Assembly (NCBI GenBank): GCA_000934665.2
Contig: JYFJ02001761.1
Location: forward strand, 1-64,000
DNA from: Catajapyx aquilonaris
Taxonomy: Eukaryota
Direction of reading: 5' to 3'
DNA length: 64,000 nt
The notes under the pieces were generated by a model. The model was given only the letters and a program-made list of their open reading frames with translations. It was not told the origin of the DNA and did no database searches. The position numbers and the translations under genes are program-made. Positions 49,801 through 63,193 of this stretch are shown here, one piece after another; within the stretch, counting starts at the first letter, position 1, and every line of letters begins with the position of its first letter.

Positions 49801-52442
49801 CACTGCACTCCCGATTATCCGGGTGCGGATTATCCGTGCATGGCCAAGTAAGGTGCACCCCCCCCCCCCCCNCCCCCCCCCCCCCCGAACAAAATTCCTG
49901 CGATGGTCCAACCAACCTTACGTACGGTCAAACGTGGTACCGCACCACTCGCGGATGTTCCCCGGAAGAGCTGTGCAGCCTGTCTACCTCGAGATCCTTC
50001 AGTGGTCTCGCCCACCATGCTGAGTTCGCCCACACCATCTTCCTACATCATCTTTTTAAGACTGGTGTTTGTAAAAGGGCATCCAATCAGGGTGATTTGG
50101 GATGTGAAGGACTGGGGATGGGACGTCTCACGACTCACTTTGTAGTGAGTCGTGAGACGGCCCAGGAGGAGGCTAGCAGTTGGCTGTTGGCAAAAGTGTC
50201 GGCCACGATTTTATCTGCGGTTTGCTGAAATCTAAAACTCGGCGGAAGGAAACGCGGTTTCAACTTTTTCTCAGCCATACAAACACTCTAGTTGAATTTC
50301 GGTAACGATGTAAAAAATTTTCGCGATATTTTCCGGCAATTTGGCAAATGATTCAGATGGTTGGGAGTCGATATAATTGACAATAAGCACATGTGAGTCA
50401 GTGCAGGGTTTTGCCCCCTTCCCCGATTTATCGACCAGCAAAATGTGGTGTGCAGACTTTGCGCACATAATGTATAGGAAGTAATTTCACTGCAAATTGA
50501 CCTGTGGCTATAATGTTGGCGTGTGTTCGCTTTTGGAGCAAAAATTCCCTAGGAATATTAGTACTGCTTAAAAGTTATGACGCACATGATATTACAGTAC
50601 CTCTTCTAATAACAGAGACCCTAATTACTGCTTATGAGAATACTTTCATGATTGGGTCAAAATAACAATTATAATTTAATTAACCATGTCGGGTACGATC
50701 AAATATTTCTCTAGGAAGCATATCGATCAAATGATACACAAACAATACGTTGGAATTGGAGAATCATTTCCAGTGCGATAAATGACACAAAATGGCAGAA
50801 TTTCTGACGCATCGTAGAATTGATCTGGTAACGAACGGATTTTTTTTTGCAAACTAAAATTCGCCCACACTGTATCCGCATATTACATATTAACACGTAA
50901 CTACTTAAAATACCAAGGGATTGCGACTCGTGGAGGTCAAGTAATTGCTCAGGGTCATCTGACTGTCATACACCACTCCTCTTTATATACGTCATCATGT
51001 TGACACGTCATGAAAAATTTTCGCAAAATGTTTTTTTGAAGTGTGTAAACTGCCCGTTTGTGTTTGCGCACACCGTGTATACATATGTCAAAATTTCCGG
51101 GCCGACATTTTCGCAACGATTGCGATTTGTTGCATTTGGCAACCAGCCTTTTACACCTCGCTGATTGGCCGCAAAAAAAATTGGTTAAGAGTCTTCTTCC
51201 TCTGTCGGCTTCAACTTTAGTAGCTCCCATTAAATAATAATAGCATTATTGCCCACCCAGTTGCGTCACGTGCAATTCAAGGATAGTTTACCAATATTTT
51301 CCAACCGAGGTGTTTGTACCGGAATCGGAGCATGTAACTAACTTATGCCGATTCGTTTGCTGCCGAAATAGCCTTCGGGTTTGTTTAATGAGCCGGATCC
51401 AATTAAATGACAACTTGTGAATCTGCAAAGTGATCAATGATATCGATTTACCCCAAAAAAAATATTGACTTGTAATGTCCCGACCTAATTTTCAAAAAAC
51501 TGTAACCTGCAACCAAAATGAAATCCAATTCGTCTGACCCGCATAGGCTACATTACACATCATTTCGAAGGATTGCTATTGGGCATAGGACAATCCCATA
51601 TGTTTTTTTTATCTCAGCCAACAAAGGTCGATCCGGAATCCCCACCTAGAAGCGACACATCTATAGGAAATTGCATGGGGTTGGCAAATGCTTTTCAGCA
51701 AAACCTCGGCGGAATTGAAAGTGGATCCCATTCCACCATGATGGCTTCGTAGTACCTGGCACAACAAGTAGGGTGTTATGTTCAACGACCAAAGAAATGG
51801 CGAACGACACTACTTGTCAATAATGTTCGTTTTTAGGAACATTATTGAGCAGTCAGGTTCGCAATTTTAATTTTAAATTTAATTTAAGTAAGAAGTGGGT
51901 GGTGACATTTAAGACCCACTCCATACTGTACACCAAGTACTCTGACGTCATTTAAGCACTGTAATCTCTACGTCAATGATTGCGTAGAATCTCCCTTAAG
52001 CATTCCTTTATGGAGCGTGTCTCTCATTAATTATGTTTGGGGTGTGGTGGTGGATTTCATGGCATGAAAAGAAGGCCATCCTTTAATAACAGTGAGAACA
52101 GTGATCTTTATCGTTGGAGGGAAAAGTGCTTTTTATATAACACCACTTTTTTATGTTGGTCTGTTGGAAGGGGAAGAGAGGCAAAAGTAGGTTCTTTTAA
52201 GGGGGGGGTTAAAAATAGTGTTGGTCACACATTTTGCAGCTGCGGTTTGGTTGGGGTACGTTGCGACAATTTCTGGTGGTGTTTTTCTGGTGTTTTCCAA
52301 GGAAATAGCATGCAGTATTCATACAGAACTTGTGATATCACCACTTGGCGATGTTGCCATATTGGACTCAATTAATGATTTGATTCATACTTTAAGTGAG
52401 CCTTGAACCAACTTATGAAACTCGACTCCAAAAGAGTTGGAC

Positions 52443-52456
52443 GTTGCCATGGTAAC
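52443..52456. promoter_or_regulatory. Perfect RFX X-box motif GTTGCCATGGTAAC
   Basis: Exact 14-bp match to the RFX consensus GTNRCC-N(0-3)-RGYAAC. Function is not shown. Confidence 0.5.
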
Positions 52457-55400
52457 AGAGGACATGTCAACTGGCGGTTAAATTTAACAGTGCGTTTAAG
52501 AATACCATCATGTTTATCAACATTGCATGCGCCTAACAGGGGGTGGAGCCAAGTTGTATATACCCAATCAAGAAGTGGGGGTCCTCCCCACCAAAAATTT
52601 GTATTAAAAAAAGTGGGGCATTCCCATTAGCACGTAAAGGCGACTATGCATTGTACGGCATCGAAGTCATAGTCCCGAAAAATCTATGAGAGAAGCCATC
52701 CGGAGTGGGTTGGGGCGGGGCTATCCGGAGTGGGGTGAGATGGGGCAGGCGGGCAAAGGGGGTGGATGAATCCGGATCGGGGCAATGCCCCGGATTCCCA
52801 TGCACCCCGGATATACCATACTTTTTTTTCTTAGAAAAAAAAATACATGCAACACACCACACAGCAAACAGTGCAATGCAAGAGGGGTGACGTAACGTAC
52901 CCATGTCGACTAGCCACACAGCAGGTGCCTCCATCCTTTTTTGAGGATCTGTTGGGGTCGACAGGACACTAGAATCCGGGTGGTCACATGTGACCTTAGG
53001 GGGGTCACGGCAATGGGTGGAGAGAGGAGCGATGCATTAGAGGGACCGAGCAGCGGGTCGGCTGCTGGCAGACTGATCGGTGTTTTGGTGCGGGGATGGG
53101 CCGGCAGATGGCAGACGGACTGGGGCAACAACCGTCACATGCGCGCCTCTATGCACACTCTATGATTGTCCCATATTTACAAATAGATCGATGTAAACAC
53201 TTGAAATTCGAGTATTACCAGCCAGATTGATTTAATTATGAAACACGTTAAAATATACGGAAAATCATCCTTGAGAACAATGCCAGACGAATTTGCTGAA
53301 ATCGACGCACTTTTCGAAAATAATGTTTAAATAGCAAAAAAAAAAATGATTGTAAACTTTCACTTTTCACCAAAATGTCCATTTTCAAGTGGAATGACCC
53401 TACAAACTTTGTCACATAGCAATTGCCAAATAAAAGTATGGAAATCATGCCGTAATTTCTCTTTATTGACTCATAAACAACAAACAGTATTGATCAAATA
53501 TTTGTGCTTACCAATATGACACTTAGGAAATTGTAGGGAGGCCAAGAGGGTCCATGGGGGGGGGGAAATAAAGCCGAACGTGATTAAGAGTAACTCCCTG
53601 AATTAGCCATGTGTATACAGTACAAGTGCTGAAGATGGATAGGAACATGACAGTTGTGTCCACAAAAATTTTAACAAGTGGTTTTTGGTTAGGTGCAGAA
53701 TGGCGCCTGCACGTTGTGGTTATTCGCTTGCCAATTTGCATCCATTTGCTTTGGGGACGTTCACCACATTGGTCCCTCCTCCTACTTTGGCAATCTAGTG
53801 TCGGCTTTTTTCAACTGACTATTAATGTGTGGTCAATACTGCAATATATATATATATTATAAATGTTGGTACATAAGAGTATGATTGTGATTATCACATA
53901 TGAATTTGTTGATGCAGCTCCATGGTTGCGGGTAAAAAACTGCGGGACAAGAATTGGAAAGCTGCAAAGAGCACCTCAGCCATTTAGCATATTTCAGCCT
54001 CCTCCCCCTTGAGACAAAATGGTAATGGGGGTGGAAACGGAGTCCAAATGCTACCCTGAATGAAAATTAAAAATTGTCAACGTAAACCCTCTTCTCCCCT
54101 TTCATAATGAACGACAGGGTTAATACTTTAAATCCCTACATTTCTCTTCAAAATTCCCCTGAACCTGTATACCACATTTATTATTATTATTATTATCATT
54201 ATTATTACTTCCGCTTAAGTCAAAAGTTACAGTCCGGAACTGACTAAGTTTAACTTTTCGCTTAATTTTTGCGGACTTGATCACACTGATAAACATGACA
54301 CCACGCTTTGCAATACCTAAACACTGATATGCATTTATCATAATCTGCATCATTTGGGTCAAGTTTTTTTTAATCCTTATTTTCCTCTTCCTTTGGTTAT
54401 TGCTATTATCTGTACTGATAGCCACTTCTTTCTTTGTTCTAAAAGTTGCCTGGCAATCGCAACTATCCAACATTTGTATTTCGTAACTGAATTGAAGCTC
54501 TTCATTACATAGTTATTGTACTGTGAATGTAACACACTCATTACTTATCACTACATGGTTGCAATCATAGCGTATATCACTTTTTTTGTGTGGAAATTAT
54601 TAACATAAGGATGTGAACGACAATACTGTAAACTATAGGTGGAAAAAGTGAAATGGGATTGTTCAGTCAAACTTAGCGCTGCTGTCCTACAATAGCAAGC
54701 TGCCCTACACTAACTGTAAGCACCAGGTGAAATTATGGTGATGTCTTGACTGGACCTTTTAGTGTAGGGTAATTATGACGTCCTTCATTCATTGAGAAGG
54801 TTGCAACAACTGATGGGAACATACATGCAATGCATTACAGCACCACTGTATTTGCAGCATGTCGCCCATCGGCTGTTACAGTCTTACATAGGACAGCAGA
54901 ACAGTGGTACACAATGTAGCGTGTAGAGAGGACATCTGTGCATAATAAGTCAATGACTGAAACTGCATGCATTTTGCAGGACAAGCTAATAAGGCAGGTC
55001 CTTAAGGCTTCAGGATACCAATTCCTAATCTGCATGCGCCCTAAAGGCTCAGATGGTGGAACGTGATATGGGCTGCGTAAGCTGCTCCCACTTGGGACTG
55101 GTTAAATTTTGAGCACATGTCTGCTTATTTTGAGTCATCTTCATGACACTGTTGCAAAGACAAGTTTTCCCAATTTTGTCGAATCTGATTTCATAATGTA
55201 GACAATTGTCCATCCAGACTATACCTATGATTTTTGACTTTCCTGTATTGTATGCAAAAAAAACAAAAAGGGAGGAAATTGACTTTTGGTATCTCTCATC
55301 TGTTGAAGTCATCAACACAAACTCTGCAGATGTCCATTCTACAATGCTACAGGCACTACATTTATGGTCAGCAATAACAATACCAAATGAATATGAGTGA

Positions 55401-56219
55401 CAATCTGCTACAGAACTTGCGTCTTGAATAATGCAGACGGTCTGAATAAATCAAATTGTGCGGTATACATGAAACAAGAATCCCTTGCATTCTACTCCAA
55501 AACATGGACTTCAAAAAAATATATAGAGGTATATAAGTGCCAAATGCTTTAAACTGAACTAGCATCAACTAATGCCAAGAATGTTGGGAAGGTGGGGGGC
55601 AAAATCCAAAGTCTTTCAAATCTGCAGGGAATGTGGTTGGCACTTATTGGTGAACAAGGCAGTGTGGGAGACAGGCATAAACTGCACTGAGTAGATAATT
55701 TGTATGCAGAATTGGTATCAAATAAGGTTGGGCCTGACAGTTCTGACAGGAATAAGCGCTAAAAGGAACCTTCCCATTTTTTTCCCCTTATTTTGGAGGT
55801 TTTCTGCTTTTTTTTTTGGTTTGTTTGTTTGTAAATCAGATGCAGTTAATGGGTGCTACAACCTACGCCCTACCAAAAAACAGGAGGAATACAAAACACC
55901 TAAGGCCATTGTTTAGATTTGTCTAGTCAAGAATGTAATAATAGATTTTTTTGTTAATTCTAAGGCGCGATCTGGGGGTCATTCGTAAGCTCTCGTGTAG
56001 TAGTATTGGGCGCAGTAAATGGGAGTAAACACATGACATAATAAGAACCTCTATTTTTTCCTCTTTTCCATCCTACAAATTGGTTTCTGAGGTACCCTTT
56101 TCCTCCTACCAAGTAATTTCTCTTGCATGGGCAAGTCAGGTGGTTCTGTTAAATCAAACAAGCTCCCAGGGGTTTTTCTTTGAAATTAAGAAACTAAAGG
56201 GATTAATTTCCAACTCTCA

Positions 56220-59200
56220 TCAGTCCTCCAGGTCTTCATACTCAGACCAGTCTGATTCGTCGGAGTCGAAAAAAAAATCAAGGAGAACATCCTCCACATC
56301 CGTGGCGCTCACCCAGCGGGATTCCCACTCCTCCAAAAACTCCCACAGGGTTATGCTCTGTTTGGATGCAAAAGAAGTGCAAATTATGACATGTTCAGAA
56401 GGCACTGGAAACCAAGAATAATGAGAATGACTGACCTGCACAACATCAACCTCCCCACTTGCATTGTGCCGTCTCTGTCTCTGGGGGGGTCCTACATCTG
56501 TTTTGGTCCCATCTGGAAGGGCATGGAGATAGAAGCACTTGTTCCCGAAGGGACATTCTCCACGTCCTTGTTTGAAGTACTTGCATGCCTTTTGGCTGGA
56601 AAGAAATTATGTCATTAGCATTGCAACTCCAAAATTCCACAACTATTACATAGGTATGGATGCACTTACTCCACAACCCTTTTATTGATTTATTACACCT
56701 AGTATATTCAATAGGGGGTGATTCCAGTTGGTAGTGTTTACCCTCAGGGGCAGTGTTTCTCAAATTTTTTTGAACGCAGCAGACTTTGAGAGAGCAAAAT
56801 AACGCTGCAGTCCTCTCTAAAGCCACTTATTCCCTGAGTAAATTGTCCGTCACTAGTTAAATTCCAATACTGAATTTGAATTGTAGCCCACCGGGGGGGT
56901 CCTCTGGCCCACTGGTGAGCTGGGGACTAAACTAGAAGAACCACCATTCTATTCTAGGGGATGCCAAGGATAAAGAGTTAGGTGAAAAAAAAAGTTGTTT
57001 GTAAATTTCATTAGTTTTAAATCCCTTTTCAATGGAATCATTGAACAAAACCCCTTTGGCATGTTGCAATTGAAGCCTAACTCCTAACACGTGAAATGTA
57101 GGCCAAGGCCTTCCAAACAAAACCAACGTTTCATCACACCATGCATGTACCACACATTGAGTTGGCAGGTTTTCATCACTGTTCATCAGGGTAGCAGGCA
57201 TCTTGCTCGCCCTAATTTTCCAGTTACCTATCATCATCATCATCATCATTTACTTCACGGCAAAATAATCCCATAGAGGGGTAGCCAGCGGAGTACAGGT
57301 TGCCCCTGTCCCCCTCGTATGACCTACAAAATGACACTACTAGTTACCTATCATAATACAGTAAAACCTTGATATAACGCTTTCCCACTTTTAACGTCCC
57401 CTTCTTCCAATCCCTTGATCAGTTCCATAAGGTAAATATTCCCACCTATAACGCTACTTTTGAGTGGTCCCTTGAAGAGCATTATATCAAGGTTTTACTC
57501 TATTTAGGCTACTGATTTTTGAAATTGAAACTAGTTTCACTGAATCTGTGCAACAAATTTGAACAAGAGCTGGGGGAAGTATTTCACACAGAAACTGAAG
57601 GTGCTTGGTACATGCCACACAAGCTTCATGTAACGAGCTTCCTTAGGTCCGAGTGGCCTACGATGTGTGGTTGTCACTCCTGAGGGAGCCAAATCATGTC
57701 ACGTCTGCTGTGCCATTCAAAGGCAAGTGACAACCACACATTGTAGGCCATTCGGACCTTCTCTTCCCTGTACTGGTTTTCCCCAAGGAAGCTTGTTACG
57801 TGAAACTTGTGTATCATTTACCAACCACCCGGTATATCACCCATCTGATACATGTTATACCTCATCTAATTCAACCTGGCAGGGAAAGTACCACCTCTCT
57901 TTCCAGCAGGCAATGATGCAAGCAATTCAATTGGAACTGAATACATCATTGGTTGGTGGGTAGAAGGGGCAGTGGGGCTACTGTGAAGTAATCTTGGTGA
58001 ATAAGCATGCATAAATACAAATAAAAAAGCTTTGGAAATGCCAGTTCAAGGTCTCGGTACAACAAATAATTAATACCAATCAGTTAGACTGACCTGAGGG
58101 CCACCTTATACTCCTCGAGCAGCTTGTCCTTCTCTTCTTTTGTCTCCACCCAAAATCGGCTGGGGCACACATAGTCAGAGAGAACCCTGCACTCGGGGCA
58201 GGCCCTGATAATCTTGTTCTCAAACTGCTTAGCCTGCCGCCACTTGCGAATGCAAGGCAGGCAGAAGCAGTGGGTGCATTTCGGGAGGATTCCAAAGCGT
58301 TGGAGAGATGGCGGATGTTTTTCCATAATCACCTCCATGCAAATTCCACAGCTCTTGTCCTTGGATCGTGCCACGGCAAAGGAGAGCTCCATGTCCTTCT
58401 CGTGTTGCTTGAGGCACTCCTCTGTGTGTTGCTTGCGCAGGGCCTCATCGAGTGGGTGCATACATGCGTGCCCACATAGCTCACACACTTCCCCATGGAT
58501 GTATGGGCAGTCCAGGCCAAACTTGCACTCACCCACCATTGCAAATGGACAGAGCTCACCCTCCAGCAACTCCACTGAATCACCCTCCACAGACGGAGCT
58601 TTGCCCGCCTCAGGGTTCACAGCTGCTGCATAGGATTTAGGGACGGCTGTGAAAAGCAAGAAGTGAATTACAGTTGCGTCACAATTACATAGGGTGGCTT
58701 TTTCATCCTATTGCTAAATCTCTGCTAGCAGCCTAGTTCTTCTAGTAGTGAGGATTTTCCTATACGCTTTTTCATGGGCTACCATATTTATTAGCTGCTG
58801 ACACTGGTATTGCTCACTAGCAGAGGGACAAAAAACCCACCCTTCATTTTTACAAATTACTAGTGAAATAAAAATAGTACTTCAGACACTGTGTAAGTCA
58901 GCAAGAAAGCATAAACAAGTATCTTCTTTGTATGAAAGCCCTAATGAAAGCCAACTAATCTTGCCGAGATAACATTGTTGCAAGTGTTCCTCGGCCAGTA
59001 ATAAGCTACAATCAAAGTTCCAACCCATAGCATTTTGAAGATAGCAGATATCTTACCATTTCTTAATAACAATCACAGGTTTAACACTTTTGCATGTATT
59101 CCCTTCATTGATAGGGCATATTATCCACCTAATTGTATAATTATGAAGGCTTTTAAACACTTAATTAGGTATATCTTTATACATACTCATAGATATGTTA

Positions 59201-61260
59201 TTTATTGTAATGCAGTTTGAGTGTTTGAATCAAGCCATCTTATGGTATATTGCATGAATTTTTATATGCAACAGTATTTGAGCAATTTTGATGTCCATTG
59301 ACTACATATTTTAAACAAAAAGTAGTACAAACAAAAAGTACTTTCATTTCTGCCTGAATGGGCTATTAACCTCAGCAGCAGTATGAGAATTTAGACTCTT
59401 GAATAAACACCACCTCTTACCACACACAAGGAATTTTAAAATTTCAACATGCATTAAAACGGACCAAACAGCATGAGGCTTGGAAGACTTTACATTGTCT
59501 GTTGGTTCGCTAAGCCTAAGATTAGCAGTTCCAGCTTTCAATATCTCACCTATATAAGATGGAACAAACTCAGGTGCATTGACCCATTCCTCCATATGCT
59601 TCGAAAGGGTTGTGGAAATATCCTTTGTGGCATTCTCCTCTTTGTCCTTCTTCCTGAAGGTGGTGAAACTGAGAGAGGGTACGAGTTAATTGTACTCTCA
59701 TGGTAATATTCTACTCATTGTAGTGACAGGCTGAACCTGCAAGTTTTTGTTCACTTGATAGTCACATAAGAAGGTGCATTGTTTTGATTGCTTCGAGTTT
59801 TTGCAAGACTTTTGTCCAACATGTGCTATTAACAGTGTTGTTGACTCTGGCTCTTCCAGTATGTATTGAGAACTCAAAATTCCTCAGTAGTTTACCTTGG
59901 CTCAGGATTCTTGTCTTCCCTCTTGCTCTGCAATACTACTGTTGGACGCAGACTCGGACTGTGTCCCCTGCTAAGGCTGGAATTCGAACTGGAACTGGCC
60001 GGTCCATTCGATGTGGTTACAGATGTGTTCCTGTTCTCCGTATGGGAAAACCTGATTGACATCAAGAAATTTGAGTATTTCAGTGCAAAGTCAACAACAA
60101 ATCAAGCCATATAAAAAGTGACATATTTCTCTCCCTTGACATTACCTGCACCTGTCTCCATACATGCAGTTCCCCCTAGCAAAGAACTTGCATGGCATGT
60201 TAGACCTTGGCAATGGCTGTCCACCAGGGCTGTTGGAATGGGAATAGCGGCAACTTGAGCCTTCCCGACACATGCCATTCATAAAGTACCTGGTTGGAAA
60301 TCACGGGATTAAGAAGCATAATATTAAAATTCACCTTTATGCTAGTGATCAACAGGTTATAAATTCATTTGAAGCATTGCACCCAACCCAATCACAAGGG
60401 ATACAGTGGCCGACAAGAAACATGAACAAAAGGGATGGAGTCAGCATATATTACAAATGCCTGGCATAATTCAGAAACCTTTATGTCTGCATGTAGCGAT
60501 GATGATCAAGCAATTGCATCATACTAAGCTAAATCCGCAGGCTATATGGCAGCACACCACAGCACTTGGAAATTTACAGGCGATATTGCAAGCCGGAATG
60601 GAAATCAATATGTGACAGTCTACTGTTACAACTTGATAATATTGAATGAGTAGCTACAGGCTAGAGCTTTCCACATCCACTTTTACTGGTTTTACAGCAC
60701 TGGTGTGACTGTCGCACCATGCGCACTCTCTCTACATATTTTGATCAGAAATGCCTGGTATTTGTAGGCCTCAGCTAGTACGTTGGCCCGTCTTACTAGC
60801 CTGTTTGAGGTTTTTAGGGGGGTGCTTGTAAGTCATTAAGATGGACAAACCCATCGCAGGCGACAAACTTGTGGAATGGAACAACTGCAACGGAGCGCTT
60901 CCGCTGCCCCCTACATCACCCCTGTTGGCACGCATTCCGACGACCACCCAGGTTGGCCAACCCATACGCATGTGAACTGTGTCTGGACCATGGTCTGGAC
61001 CGGGCCCTCTGTGGTGTGTGAGTGGTCCGCATGACCCGATTGATGCCCCCCAGTGCATGCAGCCCCCACCCCTCTTTACGATTGCCCCATCCTCCAACCC
61101 ACATCGGTCTGCCCCTGTTGTGGCCCGCCTTTCCCCTTACTAAACAGCAGTGCACTTTCCATGCCCGGGGGCCCGCCCGCTGTCGGATCTGGCCTTTCCC
61201 CACACAGCCCCACAGTTTGGCTCACCTGCAAGGGATAGTGGACGACGAGCTGGCTGCCAT
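56220..61260 (-). CDS. MKRN1: Makorin RING finger E3 ubiquitin ligase (MKRN1/2-like)
   Basis: Approximate exons: 61260-61226, 60289-60146, 60052-59896, 59668-59549, 58647-58093, 56596-56436, 56357-56220. C3H fingers ([58 protein letters not shown]), PAM2-like [46 protein letters not shown], terminal C3[22 protein letters not shown] and an acidic tail. Confidence 0.96.
57359..57500. mobile_element. Tc1/mariner (pogo/Tigger-type) MITE in a makorin intron
   Basis: TA|CAGTAAAACCTTGATATAACGCT ... AGCATTATATCAAGGTTTTACTC|TA: ~23-bp TIRs with TA target duplication. Confidence 0.85.
57600..57830. repeat. Long two-tier inverted repeat in a makorin intron
   Basis: Inner 34-bp arms AGGTCCGAGTGGCCTACGATGTGTGGTTGTCACT / AGTGACAACCACACATTGTAGGCCATTCGGACCT. 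Outer ~45-bp arms GGTGCTTGGTACATGCCACACAAGCTTCATGTAACGAGCTTCCTT / AAGGAAGCTTGTTACGTGAAACTTGTGTATCATTTACCAACCACC. Confidence 0.85.
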
Positions 61261-62069
61261 TTTGCTCTGCTCTCCCTCCCTCCTCCCCGAACTCTCCCCT
61301 TCCTCCTCCTCCTCCTCCCCCTTCTCCCGCCAACTGTCCTCGGCCGAAGGAGGGCAACACTCGCCCGCACCCGGCTGTGCACCCCCCGGCGGCGGTTGCA
61401 AGAGGCCGCACTCCGGGTCACTCATGTTGCTCTCTAGTAGGCCTGGAAAAGAAGAAGAGCTGCACATCTTCAGACTTCAGAACTACTCTGAAACTAACAA
61501 TGCTGGCCCGCGATGGACGTGTCACAGAGCGGCTTTTTTTGAACATGAACACAGCTATTGCTTCAGGTCTATTTGCTACATTAAGATTTGGAATGTTGGC
61601 GCCACGAACTTATCACGCACACAAAATATTTTGACGTGTGCCACAGACAGCTTGAGAGTACATGGCACACCGATTACCTTGGGCTTCACCTATTCCACTA
61701 GATCGCAGGACGGATCCAGCAACAAACCGACTTCAAATATGGTACAGATTCTGCTGGAACCCTCTATAGACTTCTCACCAAACAAACTGGAAACAAATGA
61801 CTGGCACTGATTGTTAAACATTTTATTAAAAAACAAAAACACAACAACAGCCTGACAACAGTGCATAAATAAGGCAACGTAATCAAAGCACAACAATATT
61901 TGCACATCTCTTCCTGAACAATAAAGAAAAAAGAAGAAGAAAAAAGCAACTAGGTGTTGTTTGCTCTCTCTCGCTCTCTCTCTCTTATTATTTTTGATTC
62001 TTGCATAATGATAGTAACAACAACATTGATACATCATGGCGCACATTGTCAAGAGTACCGAGGGGGTCG

Positions 62070-63193
62070 CTAGGAGGTTCTGACAGATTTGGGGTCCAGC
62101 TTGGACCTGATCTTGGTCCTCTTGTTCCAATTGACATATGTGGTGGGGCAGCTGATTTCGTCCTCCTCCTCACATTTCATCAACTCTGACATTGGCCCTT
62201 GTAACTCCTCTGATAAGGGCAAGCTAGACACTGCCTCTTGGCCAACTGTGGCCAGCAGCTGGCACCGATCTTTGTACACTTCCAGGATTTTCCTGTACTT
62301 CTCCCTCACATCTTCCGGGTGATTACGATTAAATGCTGTTTAGGGTGAAAGTTTCAGGTGTAAAGAGGTCTCAAGTCACAATGTCCAGGGTGTAACCTCA
62401 CCTTTCAAGTGATATGCCACATACAGAAGTGCTGACCTTGTAGGTGACAGGAAAGGGTACTTGGGTTTTAATATACCCACTGCAGTTAGGGCTTTCTGCA
62501 GGCCATCTGCACATGTTTGCTCCAGGTAACCAAGGATAGGCAGTTCAGGAACCTGTCAACCGGAAGAGAAAAATATGCATGGCAATTTTCGTCTACTGGC
62601 ATAAACCCTGCCACCCACTCTGGACAACCTAATGCAATAACAGAACGCGATAGGTAGCTTGGAAAGGTATGCAGTTATCATATCTTGCGAATTATTATTT
62701 TTAAAGTACCGGTATACAGTCTATAAGTCAAACAAGCAAGCAAAGAAGTAACTCACTGTGAAGCGCATGTTCTTTGGAGGCAGCTTATCTGGCACAGTCA
62801 ATGAGCAGTACAGCCATGGTTCCTTGAGGAATATTTTCAGACATTCCTCATTGGCCATGTGATACACCTCTCCCTTGTAGACTGCTGCACAGCTCAACTT
62901 TCCTTCCTTCAACATGTCGTATCTGTTTTGAATGGGCCATGTGGTTAGACATTTATGCTCAATGTCAATAGTAACAAACATTTGACATACTTGCTTTGAC
63001 CTCTGACATAGGTAACTGGGCAATACCCATCAAAGCCGGGTGGGTGTTGCCACCAAAGGGCCTCATATAAAGGGATCGTTTTGGGGATGTGGTCTGGTAG
63101 ATGTTCTTTGGTGCATGTAGGTGGGGTGTACTTTCCTGGATCTGCCAGAAAGGCATCCAAATGAGCCTGGCTGCAGAGTTTGTAGTACACTTT
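62070..63193 (-). CDS. AK9: Adenylate kinase 9-like protein, C-terminal exons only (gene continues beyond the window)
   Basis: Approximate exons 63193-62987, 62923-62755, 62553-62402, 62336-62070. Motifs [81 protein letters not shown] match the AK9 C-terminus as I recall it. Confidence 0.85.

Noticed and set aside
46494..49886. Poly-G and poly-C tracts that could pair as a 3.4-kb inverted structure
   Set aside because: Flanks are not complementary, and both homopolymers contain N, so their lengths are unreliable.
47053..51999. TTAAGGGGAGAG... and ...TCTCCCTTAA as ends of a ~5-kb TTAA-flanked element
   Set aside because: The match is only ~9 bp and there is no transposase ORF between them.
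56751..56930. hAT/Charlie-like left end CAGTGTTTCTCAAA; likewise a pogo-like start near 49799 and a Harbinger-like end near 1092-1114
   Set aside because: No matching opposite TIR or TSD could be found; probably fragments, too uncertain to delimit.
61022..61810. 262-aa plus-strand ORF
   Set aside because: Starts at GTG, lies antisense over the GC-rich makorin first exon and promoter, is low-complexity and has no recognisable domain.
1456..63193. Search for U12-type or GC-AG introns, stop-codon readthrough contexts and selenocysteine signals
   Set aside because: All introns I could reconstruct are canonical GT-AG, no stop has a TGA-CTA context, and no in-frame TGA is needed in any gene model.
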